Shown one piece after another: positions 27,615 to 41,279 of a stretch of 64,000 nt of DNA. Position 1 is the stretch's first letter. Each line of letters starts with the position of its first letter. The DNA is taken from positions 72,788,001 to 72,852,000 of the forward strand of contig OX597825.1 of the NCBI GenBank assembly GCA_951406725.2, given 5' to 3'. This DNA comes from Octopus vulgaris. Its lineage: Eukaryota. A program made the position numbers and the translations under genes. Under the pieces are notes generated by a model. The model saw nothing but the letters and a program-made list of their open reading frames with translations, did not search any database and was not told the origin of the DNA.

Positions 27615-27656
27615 CACAGATTATTACAACTATTTTTTTATATATTCGTAGTCAAC

Positions 27657-27852
27657 TGTCATAAATATCAACAGTTTCTGTTCCACATGCTATTAATATA
27701 TATATTTCTACATACATTCTCAATTTGAATATTAATACCTAGAAAAATTCTCCAAGCTTCCAACCTTCACAAATATACACCAGTTCTACTAAAATCTTGT
27801 CTCCAAAATATCAGAGGTCAACTTTAGTTTCATGCGAAAGAAGCTTTTGTAT
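27657..27852. repeat. ~195-bp block duplicated at 29984-30181
   Basis: Both copies share TCATAAATATCAACAG...CAAATATACACCAGTTCTACTAAAATCTTGT...GAAAGAAGCTTTTGTATT. Confidence 0.85.
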
Positions 27853-28039
27853 TCGGCTTGCTTGCTTGTTTTTCTTCCTGTCTGGAAATCTAGTGGTTGT
27901 GTGGTTTGTGTGGTTTGCTTCCCAACCACAGTGTTTTGAGTTCAGTCCCAACCTCAAGCCAACCAAAGCCTTGTGAGCAGATTTTGAAGATGGAAACATG
28001 CTTAACCTACACCATATCTACACCCATACTCACACACAC

Positions 28040-28605
28040 ATCATCGTCATCATCATCATCGTTTAATGTCCATTTTCCATGCTGGCATGAGTTGGACAGT
28101 TTGACTGAGGACTGGTGAACCAGATGGCTGCCCCAGGCTCCAATCTGGTCAAGCAAGGTTTCTACAGCTGGATGCCCTTCCTAACACCAACCACTTCGAG
28201 AGTATAGTGGGTGCTTTTTTACTTTACGTGCCACTGACATGGGAGCCAGTTAGGGGGCACTGACATTGACCACATTCAGATGGTGCTTTTTACATGCCAC
28301 CAGCACAGAAGCCAGTCATGGGGCACTGGCATCGACCACATTCACATGGTACTTTATATGCTTCACCAGCACAGGGAGCCAGTCAGGCGACACCGGCCAT
28401 GACTACAATTTCACCCGATTCAACAGGTCGTCTCAAGCACATCATATACATCATCATCATCATCATCGTTTAACATCCATTTTCCATGCTAGCATGGGTT
28501 GGACGGTTCGACCGGGGTCTGGGAAGCCAGGAGGCTGCACCAGGCTCCAGTCTGATCTGGCAGTGTTTCTACAGCTTGATGCCCTTCCTAACGCCAACCA
28601 CTCCA
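28040..28605 (-). mobile_element. Two family C elements in tandem
   Basis: Two (CAT)n-CGTTTAA...CCATGC tails at ~28040 and ~28450. Confidence 0.8.
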
Positions 28606-28983
28606 TGGTTGGTAAGCAAGCTACTTACCACACAGCCACTCCTGTACATATTTAACTGCTACAAAAATGGATCCAGCACCTTTCATGGAAGCTTTTACTT
28701 GCTTCTTAGGACCATCTGACCCATACTAGACCCCTTTTGGCATGGAACTTTTCTCCACTTCGGTCTTCAAATGTTTCGTCTGAATATTGATGATGATGAT
28801 ATATAGGCACAGACAAAGTTGTGTAGTTAAGAAGCTTGCTTCCCAAGCATGTGGTTTTGGGTTCAATCCTATTGCATGGCACCTGAGGCAAGTGTCTTGT
28901 ACTATGGCCCTAGGCTGATCAATCACTTGTGAGTGAATTTGGTTGGTGGAAACTATGTGGAAACTATGTGGAAGCGTATGTGG

Positions 28984-29202
28984 AAGGCGGTAAGCTGGCA
29001 GAAACGTTAGCACGCAGGGCGAAATGCTTAGCAGTATTTCATCTGCCGCTACGTTCTGAGTTCAAATTCCATCGAGGTCGACTTTGCCTTTCATCCTTTT
29101 GGGGTCGATTAACTAAGTACCAGTTATGCACTGGGGTTGATATAATCGAATTAATCCATTTGTCTGTCCTTGTAGCCCCTTGTGGGCAGTAAAGAAATAG
29201 GA
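28984..29202 (+). mobile_element. SINE B inserted in an old SINE A
   Basis: Consensus B sequence flanked by the duplicated GGAAACT(A/G)TGTGGAAG. Confidence 0.8.
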
Positions 29203-29492
29203 AACTGTGTGGAAGCCTGTAGTATATAGAGATATGTATATGTGTGTGTTTCTATGTGGGCTTTTATCATTTTCCACTGACTGACAGCCAGTGATGGTTT
29301 GTTTACATCCAATGTTTTTATTTGTTTATTTTTTTGTTCTTTGTTTCTTTTCTTTTTTTTTTTTTTTGACAAATAATTTAATTCTAATTCTTTGCATCTT
29401 AATACGGCACTAGTAATTTACCCTGAATGTCAAAAGTATATTAACACATTGTGGGTACTTTTAGCTAGTCCTTTAAAAAAAATCCCATACTT

Positions 29493-29540
<48 letters not shown>

Positions 29541-29660
29541 ATAATTCTCTTCTCTTTCTTTTTCTCTAGATATTTCAAAATTTGTTAAATGTCTGAAAAT
29601 AATTATTTCCTTCTTGCATTTTTTTTATTAACAACTTCCTATTTCCAATCTCACCACAAC

Positions 29661-29946
<286 letters not shown>

Positions 29947-30297
29947 GGTGCTGCTTTTTTTTTTTTTCATATTCGTTTCTAAATGTCATAAATATCAACA
30001 GTTTTTATTATACATGCTATTAATATTTATATTTTTATATACATTCTTGATTTGAATATTAATACCTAGAAAAATGCTCCGAGCGTCCAACCTTCCCAAA
30101 TATACACCAGTTCTACTAAAATCTTGTCCCCAAAATATCAGAGGTCAACTTTAGATTCATGTGAAAGAAGCTTTTGTATTTTAGTTATTTATTGCTTTTA
30201 TTGTTGTTTTTGTTCTTCATTTTTTTTTTTGAAATCTTGCTTTGCCTTCCTCTGCTAAATAACCAGATTCTCTGTGTATTTTACAATTATAATATAT

Positions 30298-30336
<39 letters not shown>

Positions 30337-30982
30337 TACATACATACACATATATGCATAAGCACACACTTGCACATACTCATACACACGCACACACATG
30401 CATATATATTCATACGCATACACACACATACATACACATATGCACACACTTGCACACACACACACAAACAAGTGCACACATGCTCACACTCATATATACA
30501 TACATATATATGCATATATATATATATACACACATACACACATATTTATACACACACATACACACATTATATACACAAATACATATATACATATACACAA
30601 ACAAACAATTTTATACAAACACACATAGACACAGATATAAATATATACATGTATACCCTCATACACATGCATGCACACATACATATATTTATAAAAATAT
30701 AAGTAAAAATCAGAGCTTGAGAAAAATGTTAACTTTCCTCTGACAAAGAGCTCAATCCCAAAATATTAAGGATTCACATCAGGTGAAATAGAAATATATT
30801 TGAGATGTGCAAACTTCATGCAGGGACGCTGTCAATACATCAAGGTTTGAACTTGTCACACATACTGGATGATACTGGGTGCCCCTGGGGCCACATTAGT
30901 TCTTTGATAATCAAATATTTCTGTTGAAATCCACTGCTTTGTTTCAATTAATTTTGAAAATACAGAGAATTTAGTAAAATTA

Positions 30983-31486
30983 TCAATCCTTTAGCATTTA
31001 AACTGGCCTTATCCAGCCAAAATATTCTACCTGTTTTATGTTCAAACTGGTCAGAACAGTCCTCTCACACCAACCCAACAATGTCATTCTAAAAATTAAT
31101 AGTTACCTCATCAAAATGTCACAGCTACAAGATAATGCATGATTACTTCAAAACAATATGAATAAATAAGCATTACATTGTGTAAGTGCATGGCTCAGTG
31201 GTTAGAGCATCAGATTCACAATCATGAGGTAGTGAGTTCAATTCCCGGACCGGGCTCCATGTTGAGTTCTTGAGCAAGACGCTTTATTTCATGTTGCTCC
31301 AGTTCACTCCCTTGGGGTAATATCGGTATGCATAGGCGACTGCTGGTCTTCCATAAACAACCTTGCCTAGACTTGTGCTTCAGAGGGTAACTTTCTAGGT
31401 TCAATCCCATGGTCATTCATGACCGGGAGCGTGGGGTGAATCTTTATCCTTTTACATTGCACAGAATGTGAATGTTAGAAGGTTAA
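30983..31486. mobile_element. TTAA-type (piggyBac-like) MITE interrupted by SINE F (~31183-31450, TSD TTACATTG)
   Basis: Ends TCAATCCTTTAGCATT and AATGTTAGAAGGTTAA. Related pieces at ~19060 and ~35180-35258 (GAATGCTAAAGGGTTAA). Confidence 0.55.
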
Positions 31487-31630
31487 GATGGTGTTTAGAA
31501 CATAGATTAACACAAAATTTTGAGGGTAAGATTTCATTAATCTTTTATCTTGTTTCAGTCATTTGACTGTGGCCACGTTGGGGCACTGCCCTTAAGTATT
31601 TTAGTCAAACAAATCAACCCTACACATGCC

Positions 31631-31673
<43 letters not shown>

Positions 31674-31924
31674 AACAGGTTTTTTTTTTCAGTTTCCATC
31701 TAACAAATCCACTCACAAGGCTTTGATCAGCCTGAGGTTATGGTAGAAGACACTTGCCCAAGGTACCATGAAGTGGGATTGAACCTGAGAAGCAAGCTTT
31801 TTACCACACAGTCACTTTAAAACAGGAATATTGCATCAGAAAACCAAGGGTAGTTTCAGGTGGGTTGGTACTGAAATAATTAAGAATAAAGATGTGTGTG
31901 TATGTGTGTGCATACAATCTTATT

Positions 31925-32500
31925 TGTTTATTGCCCACAAGGGGCTAAACATAGACGGGACAAACAAGGACAGACAAAGGAATTAAGTCGATTACATCAA
32001 CCCCAGTGTGTAACTGGTACTTAATTTATCGACCCCAAAAGGATGAAAGGCAAAGCCAACCTCGGCAGAATTTGAATTCGGAACGTAAAGACAGACGAAA
32101 TACCTATTTCTTTATTACCCACAAGGAGCTAAACAGAGAGGGGACAAACAAGGACAGACAAAGGGATTAAGTCGATTACATCAACCCCAGTGCGTAACTG
32201 GTACTTAATTTATCGACCCTGAAAGGATGAAAGGCAAAGCCAACCTCGGCAGAATTTGAATTCGGAACGTAAAGACAGACGAAATACCTATTTCTTTATT
32301 ACCCACAAGGAGCTAAACAGAGAGGGGACAAACAAGGACAGACAAAGGGATTAAGTCGATTACATCAACCCCAGTGCGTAACTGGTACTTAATTTATCGA
32401 CCCTGAAAGGATGAAAGGCAAAGCCAACCTCGGCAGAATTTGAACTCGGAACATAAAGGCAGACGAAATACCGCTAAGCATTTCGCCCAGTGTGCTAACA
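31925..32500 (-). mobile_element. SINE B trimer (184-bp units)
   Basis: CCCACAAGG recurs at 31934, 32118 and 32302. Junctions read GAAATACCTATTTC. Confidence 0.9.
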
Positions 32501-32670
32501 ATCTGAAAAAGGAAAGTAAGCAGAGACTTCGAAGTCACTATCAATATTTTCCTTGCAAAAGTTACATAAGCATGTACTTTGCATGTACTCTACAAATGTG
32601 TAATCCTTAAGTTTTATAGTAAGTTATGTATATTATATAACTTGACACAATAACATTAATATATGTGTGA

Positions 32671-32701
<31 letters not shown>

Positions 32702-32841
32702 CAAGTGTGTGCGTGTGTGTGCAAGTGTGTGTGCGCAAGTGTGTTTGTGTGCAAGTGTATGTGTGTGTGTGTGCAAGTGAGTGCGTATGTGTGTGCAAGT
32801 GTGTGTGTGTGTGTGTGCAAGTGTGTGTGTGTGTGTATGTG

Positions 32842-32874
<33 letters not shown>

Positions 32875-32930
32875 ACAAGTGTGTGTGTATGTGTGCGCAA
32901 GTGTGTGTGTGTAAAGGGTAAAGGGTAGAA

Positions 32931-33270
32931 ACACCCCTTTGGTCACAAACGACCATGGGATTGCACCTAGAAAGTTACCCCCCACCCGAGGCACAAGTCC
33001 AGGCAAGGTTGTTTATGGAAGACCAGCAGTCGCCCCTGCATACCAGCCTCTCCTCTCTACACCATTGATGTTATCTAAGAGAAAGGCAAAAGGGGCCGAT
33101 ACAGCTTGACACCTGTGACATCACAACTTATTTCTACAGCTGAGTGTGAACTGGAGCAACATGAAATGAAGTGTTTTGCTCAAGAAGATAACACACAGCC
33201 TGATCCAGAGATTGAACTTACTACCTCATGATTGTGAGCCCGGTGCTCTAACCACTGAACCATCCACCTT
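32931..33270 (-). mobile_element. SINE family F
   Basis: Matches 26036-26376. Confidence 0.8.
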
Positions 33271-33654
33271 TACTAAAATGTTGCCAGCAGGCAGCTACAG
33301 GACTTGAACCTGTATCCCTCAGATAGTGGCTGGATACGCTAGATAATGTAGTTCCTGGGACACAGAAAGACAAGATGGCTGTGGTTAAAATTGCTCTGAT
33401 CATAAGTGCAATGGAGTGGTGCCATCTTGGGGTTAAACAACAACAACAACTTAATTAAGCTGCGTTGATTTAATTACACAAAGTAAACGAATAAACAAAG
33501 AAAGAGAAAGAATTAGCAAAATTGCAAAGTTATTCAAGTCTAAATTATTGCTAAACTCGTTAAATAAATTAATGGAATTGGAATTACAGAAACAGTTTAA
33601 TTCTTCAAATAAAACTGAAGAATTTGTTAAGTAACAATTTCAGCTCAGAAAATT

Positions 33655-34890
33655 GGTAGGTGGATAGGAGTGGGTGGGTGGGTAGGTAGGCTGAAGGAAG
33701 GTAGGTAGGTGGAAGGATGGATGGGTAGATAGATGGGTAAATAGGGGGTAGATTTGGGATAATGGTTGGACAGTAGGTGAGAGGATGGATGCATATATGG
33801 ATGGATGGATGCATGGATGGGTGAATAAGGGTAGATTTATGAGGGTTGAAATGTCGGATGATTAGATAGGTGGGTAGAAAGATGTGTGGAAGGATGGATG
33901 GGTAAATAGGACTGATATATGGATGGACGGGTGAATAGGTGGGTGGCTGGATGGGTGAATAGGGGTGGGTGGGTGGGTAGGTAGGATGAAGGAAGGTAGG
34001 TAGGTGGAAGGATGGATGGATAGATAGATAGATGGGTAAATAGGGGGTAAATTTGGGATAATGGTTGGACAGTAGGTGAGAGGATGGATGGATATATGGA
34101 TGGATGGATGCATGGACGGGTGAATAAGGGTAGATTCATGATGGTTGAAATGTTGGATGATTCGATAGGTGGGTAGAAAGATGTGTGGAAGGATGGATGG
34201 GTAAATAGGACTGATATATGGATGGACGGGTGAATAGAGGTGGGTGGCTGGGTGGGTAGGATGAAGGAAGGTAGGTGGGTGGAAGGATGGATGGATAGAT
34301 AGATGGGTAAATAGGGGGTAGATTTGGGATAATGGTTGGACGGTAGGTGAGAGGATGGATGCATATATGGATGGATGGATGCATGGATGGGTAAATAAGG
34401 GTAGATTTATGAGGGTTGAAATGTCGGATGATTAGATGGGTGGGTAGAAAGATGTGTGGAAGGATGGATGGGTAAATAGGACTGATATATGGATGGACGG
34501 GTGAATAGAGGTGGGTGGCTGGGTGGGTAGGATGAAGGAAGGTAGGTGGGTGGAAGGATGGATGGGTAGATAGAGGGGTAAATGGGGGGTAGATTTGGGA
34601 TAATGGTTGGACGGTAGGTGAGAGGATGGATGGATTGATGGATGGATGGATGCATGGATGGGTGAATAAGGGTAGATTCATGACGGTTGAAATGTTGGAT
34701 GATTAGATAGGTGGGTAGAAAGATGTGTGGAAGGATGGATGGGTAAATAGGACTGATATATGGATGGACGGGTGAATAGAGGTGGGTGGCTGGATGGGTG
34801 AATAGGAGTGGGTGGCTGGATGGGTGAATAGGAGTGGGTGGGTGGCTGGATGGGTGAATAGGGGTGGGTGGCTGGATGGGTAAATGGGTA
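33655..34890. repeat. Purine/G-rich composite minisatellite (~270-300 bp units, ~4.5 copies)
   Basis: GGTTGAAATGT(C/T)GGATGATT recurs at ~33844, 34143, 34414 and 34685. Confidence 0.9.
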
Positions 34891-35654
34891 AACAGAGCAC
34901 AAACACAAAGGGGGTCAGATTTGACAAGGTTTTTACAGCTGGATGCCCTTCCAAAAACCAACCACTTTACAGTGTAGACTGGATGCATTTTAAGTGGCAC
35001 CTGCTCTGACAGGGTCACCAAGTAACTTCCAAGACAAAAATCATTTGTGAGGATAGGGGGTATTGGAGGAGGGGATCTTGTATCAGATGATGAAAGGTTA
35101 TAGTGAGACAGAGAGACAGAGACAGCAATGTCATTATAAGAATAAACAAACACATCATCAAAATCTGGAAGCTGCAAGAAAATGTAGGATTAATTTGAAA
35201 CAATGTGAATGAATAAGCATTACAGTTGGCAGAGCAATCTGAATGCTAAAGGGTTAAAAATCCTATTATATCTTTATAATTAAATATTAGGGTTTTAAGG
35301 CGAAGAAATCAACCCCAAGACTTATTCTTTGTAAGCCTAGTACTCCTTTTGTCAGTCTCTTTTGCCGAACTGCTAAGTTACAGGGACATAAACACACCAA
35401 CATCAGTTATCAAGCAATGGTGGAAGGGACAAACACAGACACAAAGACATAAATATATACGTGTGTGTGTGTGTATGACAGGCTTCTTTCAGTTTCCGTC
35501 AACCAAATTCACTCACAAGGCTTTGGTCAGCCCATTTGTCCAAGGTGCAATGCAGTGGGATTGAACCTGGAACCATGTTGGGAAGCAAGCTTCTTACCAC
35601 AGAGCCACACTTGCACCTACAGTTAAATTTTGGCAACAAAATCTTTTATAGATC

Positions 35655-35975
35655 CTTACTGGTGGCACATGAAAAAAACATTCAAGTGAGGTCATTGCCA
35701 GTGCCGCTGGACTGGCTCCTGTGCAGGTGGCATGTAAAAAACACCATTTGAGCGTGGCCGTTGCCAGTACCACCTGACTGGCCCCCATACCGGTGGCACG
35801 TAAAAGCACCCACTACACTCTCAGAGTGGTTGGCGTTATGAAGGGCATCCAGCTGTAGAAACTCTGCCAGATCAAGATTGGAGCCTGGTGCAGCCATCTG
35901 GTTCGCCAGTCCTCAGTCAAATCGTCCAACCCATGCTGGCATGGAAAGCAAACATGAAACGATGATGATGACGAT
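35655..35975 (+). mobile_element. Family C element
   Basis: AAGGGCATCCAGCTGTAGAAAC...CCATGCTGGCATGGAAAG...(GAT)n. Confidence 0.8.
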
Positions 35976-36723
35976 CCTACACAAGAACTACTGATATAAA
36001 TAGACTATTTGTAATATCCATGCTGTGAGTAAAGATACAAAGCGAATTTTCCAGTATACAAACTGACATATGGTGTAAAAATGTTGTGAAAACATTCAAA
36101 CATTGTCCCTATCTTTCCAAATCCTGCAGCATTTCATATGGAATTTTTTCAGTCCTCCGAAGTTACCTTAGAGTATAGGTTGACCTACATTTATTTGACA
36201 GTAAATTCTGGTCCAAAAATTTTGAGATATATATGGGAAAATACAGTATAAACCCCAAAGAAATGGAAAACAGAACTGATTCAAATCTGGTCACATTGGA
36301 GTTTGGTATACCGACAAACCAAAGCAGCAACTTTTTATTATATTCATAAAACAAAAGAAGAGAAAAACACAATAAATACAAGAGCAATTCCACTGCTTTT
36401 TACCGACCCAAAACCTCCACCTCTCACCAAACCCCCTTCTGTGCACCAGTCGCTATATTATCAAGGTTAAATACATATAGTTCTTTATTTCTTTGTTTTT
36501 TTTTAATGACTGTTATTCAATTTTCCTTTTATAGTATTATTATATCTTTGATAAAATGAAAAGTTAATTGCATATACAAGAGATCAAATTCCATTCCCAA
36601 TGTCTTTTTATGCTGGTGTATTAGTGACCTTGCTGAGATTGCGCGAGGAGTTTGTAGCTAAAATAATGAGGGTGAATACATGTATGCATGTGTAGATTTT
36701 ATATATAAGTGTGTGTGTGTGTG

Positions 36724-36784
<61 letters not shown>

Positions 36785-36889
36785 TATATACACATTATAT
36801 ACATATACATTATATATGCACATATATATTATATACAAAAACAATATATATGCATCATCTTGCATCTGTGTGAGTGCATCTGCATGTAC

Positions 36890-36945
<56 letters not shown>

Positions 36946-37039
36946 GCATACATATACATATAGTGTGTGTGTATATATATGCATATACACATATATATTT
37001 ATTGGCTAAACTGGCAAAATGACCATTCCTAAATACAAC

Positions 37040-37072
<33 letters not shown>

Positions 37073-38117
37073 TACACACTAGACTACCTGTGACCCATTG
37101 GGTCACCAGGAAAGTCTGAGTTTCCCAGCAATGGAGTTTTGTTTCGTGGGGTTTTTTTCCAGGTTATTTCGCATGCTTTCAATGATTGTGACACCGAAAT
37201 CAAGGATCAATGGCTCCTTTCCACAGAAAAGGAAAGATTTGGCTGCTATTTCCTGCACGCCCTGCTACCACATAACAGGTATTTCGGATCCTTTATCACA
37301 AATGGCTGTTACGTAGCAGCAGAGCATACTAGAAATAGCAGCCAAATCTTTGGAGATGAGATACGCTGAATGCACTTGAAGGAAACCTATGGAAAAAAAC
37401 TGTTTAACACCGAGGTTACGAACGGGTCTTTTACAAAATATTTACTGTCTTTTTAAAATCATTTTCACTTTTTGCCCATCATAATGTGTCTAATGGAAAG
37501 GTTAGAGTTTCTTCCCTTTCAGGGTTATGTTATTTTCAGAGTATTTTCCCATTATGCGTTTCGGGTATTTATACTCTCAAACCCCAAATATCTCAATAAC
37601 TACTGGTCAAATTTATGCAAGTCTTGTTTTATTCCATTTGTATTCACATTTCAGGAACACTTTACTTTCAGTGTCAGATTGGCTGTGTAACATTGCAAGC
37701 AAGCAAGACTGAACTTCACTTTTAATGTATTATAAATATAAACAGACACATATATACACATATATATATACACACACATATATTCACAGGCTTAAAAATT
37801 ACGAAATCGTCTACTGCCTCTGTGTTTTCAGAGATGTATGAAATAAGGGAGTCCTTACATGAAAAACATGTGAGTGTTAGCAACAGGAAAAGAATCCAGC
37901 TGTAAAATAATACCTCAACATATCCCCCTAACTCATACTAGGATGGGGCCTTGGACATAAAAATGTAGGTTTTCCAAAATCTGTACACAAATCCAAAATC
38001 AGCTGTTCACTTCCGCTGACCATTCACTACTTGATAGAATTGCTACAGGCAAATATTGGACTGCTTACTGCCGGTGGATGAGGACACTCCTCACCATCTC
38101 ACTTCTGTAAAAAAGTT

Positions 38118-38390
38118 AGGATGAGAAAAATAACCTGGCTCAACCTAGATGTGTCCACAAACTTAGCTAAAGACTTCCTAGTACTAACCAGGAAACACTT
38201 CCTAAGTGAACATAAATATCATAGGGTCTTTAATGTACATAATGTTAAAATGAGTTATGCTCACCAAGAAAATATTGTCTCCAATAGCATGACATAACAG
38301 AAAAAATACACTCACACACCTACACAACCATCACTCCAAATATATTCAACTGCTAAAATCAAATCACTAGCCCACTGAGATGCTTCTGCT
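38118..38390 (+). mobile_element. Decayed Penelope-like element ORF fragment (RT to GIY-YIG linker)
   Basis: RMRKITWLN..VSTNLAKDFLVLTRKHFLSEHKYHRVFNVHNVKMSYA resembles the PLE motif R.IIWFNPP....TNIG..FL.L..KHF...H...KIFN..TVK.SYS. Confidence 0.7.
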
Positions 38391-38714
38391 TCTCTGCAGC
38401 AGCAGCCAATAGGGTTAATCACTTCTCCTAATGACATCCTAAGGTACCGTATGAGATTTACATGGAATTAATCCATCACTAGAAGTTAAGATGATGGTTA
38501 AGAGAAGATGAGAGAAAAGTATGGTAAGAGAAAGTAAGAATGAGATTGAGCATTAAGGGAAGCAGCAGTGTTGAGGAGTGGTGAGAGACAGAGTGGATGA
38601 GAGATACAGTGAGAGAGAGAGGTGGAGAGAGAAAGAGAGAGATGGTAAGAGAGAAAGGCAGAGAGATAGAGAGAGGACAGCTAAAAATTGTTTAGAACAT
38701 TTTTACTATTTCCT

Positions 38715-39570
38715 GCTTGTATATGTGTGTATGTGGATATGTGTATGTGTGTATGTGTCTGCATGTGTATGAGAGTGTGTATAATGTATGTCTGAATGTG
38801 TACAAGCCTCTGTGTGTGTGTGTGTATACCTGTATAGACGTGTGTGTGTGTGTGCATGTGTTGGAGAAGGTTATCCACACAAGTGGTTAGAATCAGAGAC
38901 ATAGACAAGACAAAAATGTGTGTGTGTGTTTTTATGTGTGTGTATGTATATGTAAGTTTGTGTGTTTGTATGTGTGTGTATGTGTGTATATGTATGTTTG
39001 TGTCTGTGTACATGTGTGCATGTGTGTGAGCCTGTATGTGCATGTGTTATGTGTATGTGGACATGTGTGTATGTATGTATGTATGTATGTGTGTTTGTAG
39101 GTGTGTATATGTATGTTTGTGTCTGTATACATGTGTGAATGTAAGTCTGTGTGTGCATGTGTTATAAGTATGTGTGTGTATGTATATGAGTGTGTGTTGT
39201 GTGTGTGTGCATGTGTATGTATATGTATGTGTATGTATATGTAAGTTTGTGTGTGTGTGTGTGTGTATGTGTGTATATGTATGTTTGCATCTGTGTGCAT
39301 GTGTGCATGTGTGTGAGCCTGTGTGTGCATGTGTTATGTGGATGTGGATGTATGTGTTTGTATGTGTGCATGTGTGTGTGTGTGTATGTATGTGTGTGTG
39401 TGTGCATGTGTGTGTATGTATAAGTAAGTTTGTGTGTTTGTATGTGTGTGTATGTGTGCATGTATTATGTTATGTGGATGTATGTGCGTTTGTTTGTGTT
39501 TGTGTATGTGTATGTATATGAGTGTGGGTGTGCATGTGTATGTGTACATGTATGTATGTGTCTGTGCACA
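38715..39570. repeat. Degenerate (TG)n tract with recurring GTAAGTTTGTG subunits
   Basis: Directly visible. Confidence 0.85.
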
Positions 39571-40004
39571 CATGAATAGCTTTATGAATGTGCATATAAA
39601 ACGTGGTGTACATTTTTTATATATGTGTGTGAAGCTGTATTTTAAATGCTATAGTTTTTTTTTTTTTCCCAGACAAGCAGATGACTTGAAATAATTCCTG
39701 GCAAACACACAAACATAAACACAAACAATACGAAAAAAAAACCACATAAACAAATAACCACAAGGTCGGAGGGGGGGGGCAGGGAGAAGGAAAAAAAAGG
39801 GAGAGGGGGGGTTCAAGAAAAATAAAACCAAAAAAACCAAAGAATTATGGGAAAAACATTAAGTATCCTTCCACCAAAAAACAAAAAAACTGAGACAAGA
39901 CAAGGGGGGGGGGGAGGGATGTGGGTGAGTTGTTGTTGAAATTACTTCCAATTTGAAATATTATTTCCTGCGATTCCACCAGAATCTTTTCCTACCAGCA
40001 ACAC

Positions 40005-40320
40005 TATCGTCATTATGGCCGTCATCATCGTCGTTGCCGTCGTCATCACCATCATCATCACCACTATTATCCCCATCATCGTTACTAATGGCATTATCAC
40101 CATCACCATCACCATCAACACCATCATCATTACTAATGGCATTATAACCATCATCATCACCATCATCATATCATTAGCACTTGTCATCATCAGCATCATC
40201 ATCATCATCCCCATTACCGTCGTCATCATCATCATCACCACCATCATTATCACTGTCATCCTCACCACTAACAACATCAACATCATCACTACCATCAACA
40301 TCGTCTGCATTGTCATTTGC
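40005..40320. repeat. Degenerate (CAT/CAC)n tract
   Basis: Directly visible. Confidence 0.9.
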
Positions 40321-40376
40321 ATCGAAACAAAACATTTTTAAAAAAAAACAAATATCAACAAAAAAAAAAAAATAAA

Positions 40377-40442
<66 letters not shown>

Positions 40443-40655
40443 CAAAAATGAAAAAAAGGACAAGAGAAAATTAACAAAAAATTAAAATCCTGATATTGGC
40501 TATAATAATGGACTGAGGTGGATGCAGTGTGCTTGATGGGAAGGAAGGTTCGGTGGCAGACAATGGAGAAATTGGCTTTTAAAGAAAAATCATGGCGCCA
40601 AGATGAGGCAGTACCACCGACTTCCATGCCCTTTGATGGACATATTGTTCACACA

Positions 40656-40700
<45 letters not shown>

Positions 40701-40930
40701 CGTGTGCATATATGTATGTATGTAGGTATATATGTCTGTATGTATGCCTCTTCTGTTTTTAATTGTTTGCACACTTCCTCTGTAGAAGGAGCTGGTTTCC
40801 AACAAAGATACAAAGCTCCGTCACTAAAATACTCTTTTTACTCTTTTACTTGTTTCAGTCATGTGACTGTGGCCATGCTGGAACACCGCCTTTAGTCGAA
40901 CAAATTGACCCCAGGACTTATTCTTTGTAA

Positions 40931-41162
40931 CCTATTTCTTTATTACCCACAAGGGGCTAAACACAGAGGGGACAAACAAGGACAGACATAGGTATTAAGT
41001 CGATTACATCGACCCCAGTGCGTAACTGGTACTTAATTTATCGACCCCGAAAGGATGAAAGGCAAAGTCGACCTCGGTGGAATTTGAACTCACAACGTAA
41101 CGCAGACGAAATACCGCTAAGCATTTCGCCCGGCGTGCTAACGTTTCTGCCAGCTCGCCGCC
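40931..41162 (-). mobile_element. Young SINE B with TSD, inserted in a SINE A tail
   Basis: TSD TTCTTTGTAA at 40921-40930 and 41163-41172. Confidence 0.9.
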
Positions 41163-41279
41163 TTCTTTGTAACCCTAACCCTAACCGCCCAAGAGTCATA
41201 TGAACCCCCAAGAGTCATATGAACCCTCAAGGGTCATATGAACACCAGTTGAAAAGCAAGCATTTTCTATCTTTGTCTG

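Noticed and set aside
30735-30775. Hammerhead remnant CTGACAAAGAGC...CCCAAAA
   Set aside because: The core and stem II are too degenerate to call.
33605-35177. Pro/His-rich ORFs up to 256 aa
   Set aside because: They are the translation of the minisatellite's C-rich strand.
37233-37351. ~20-bp inverted repeat AAAGATTTGGCTGCTATTTC / GAAATAGCAGCCAAATCTTT
   Set aside because: The motif recurs at ~60440 and ~63975, so it is most likely two pieces of a dispersed repeat.
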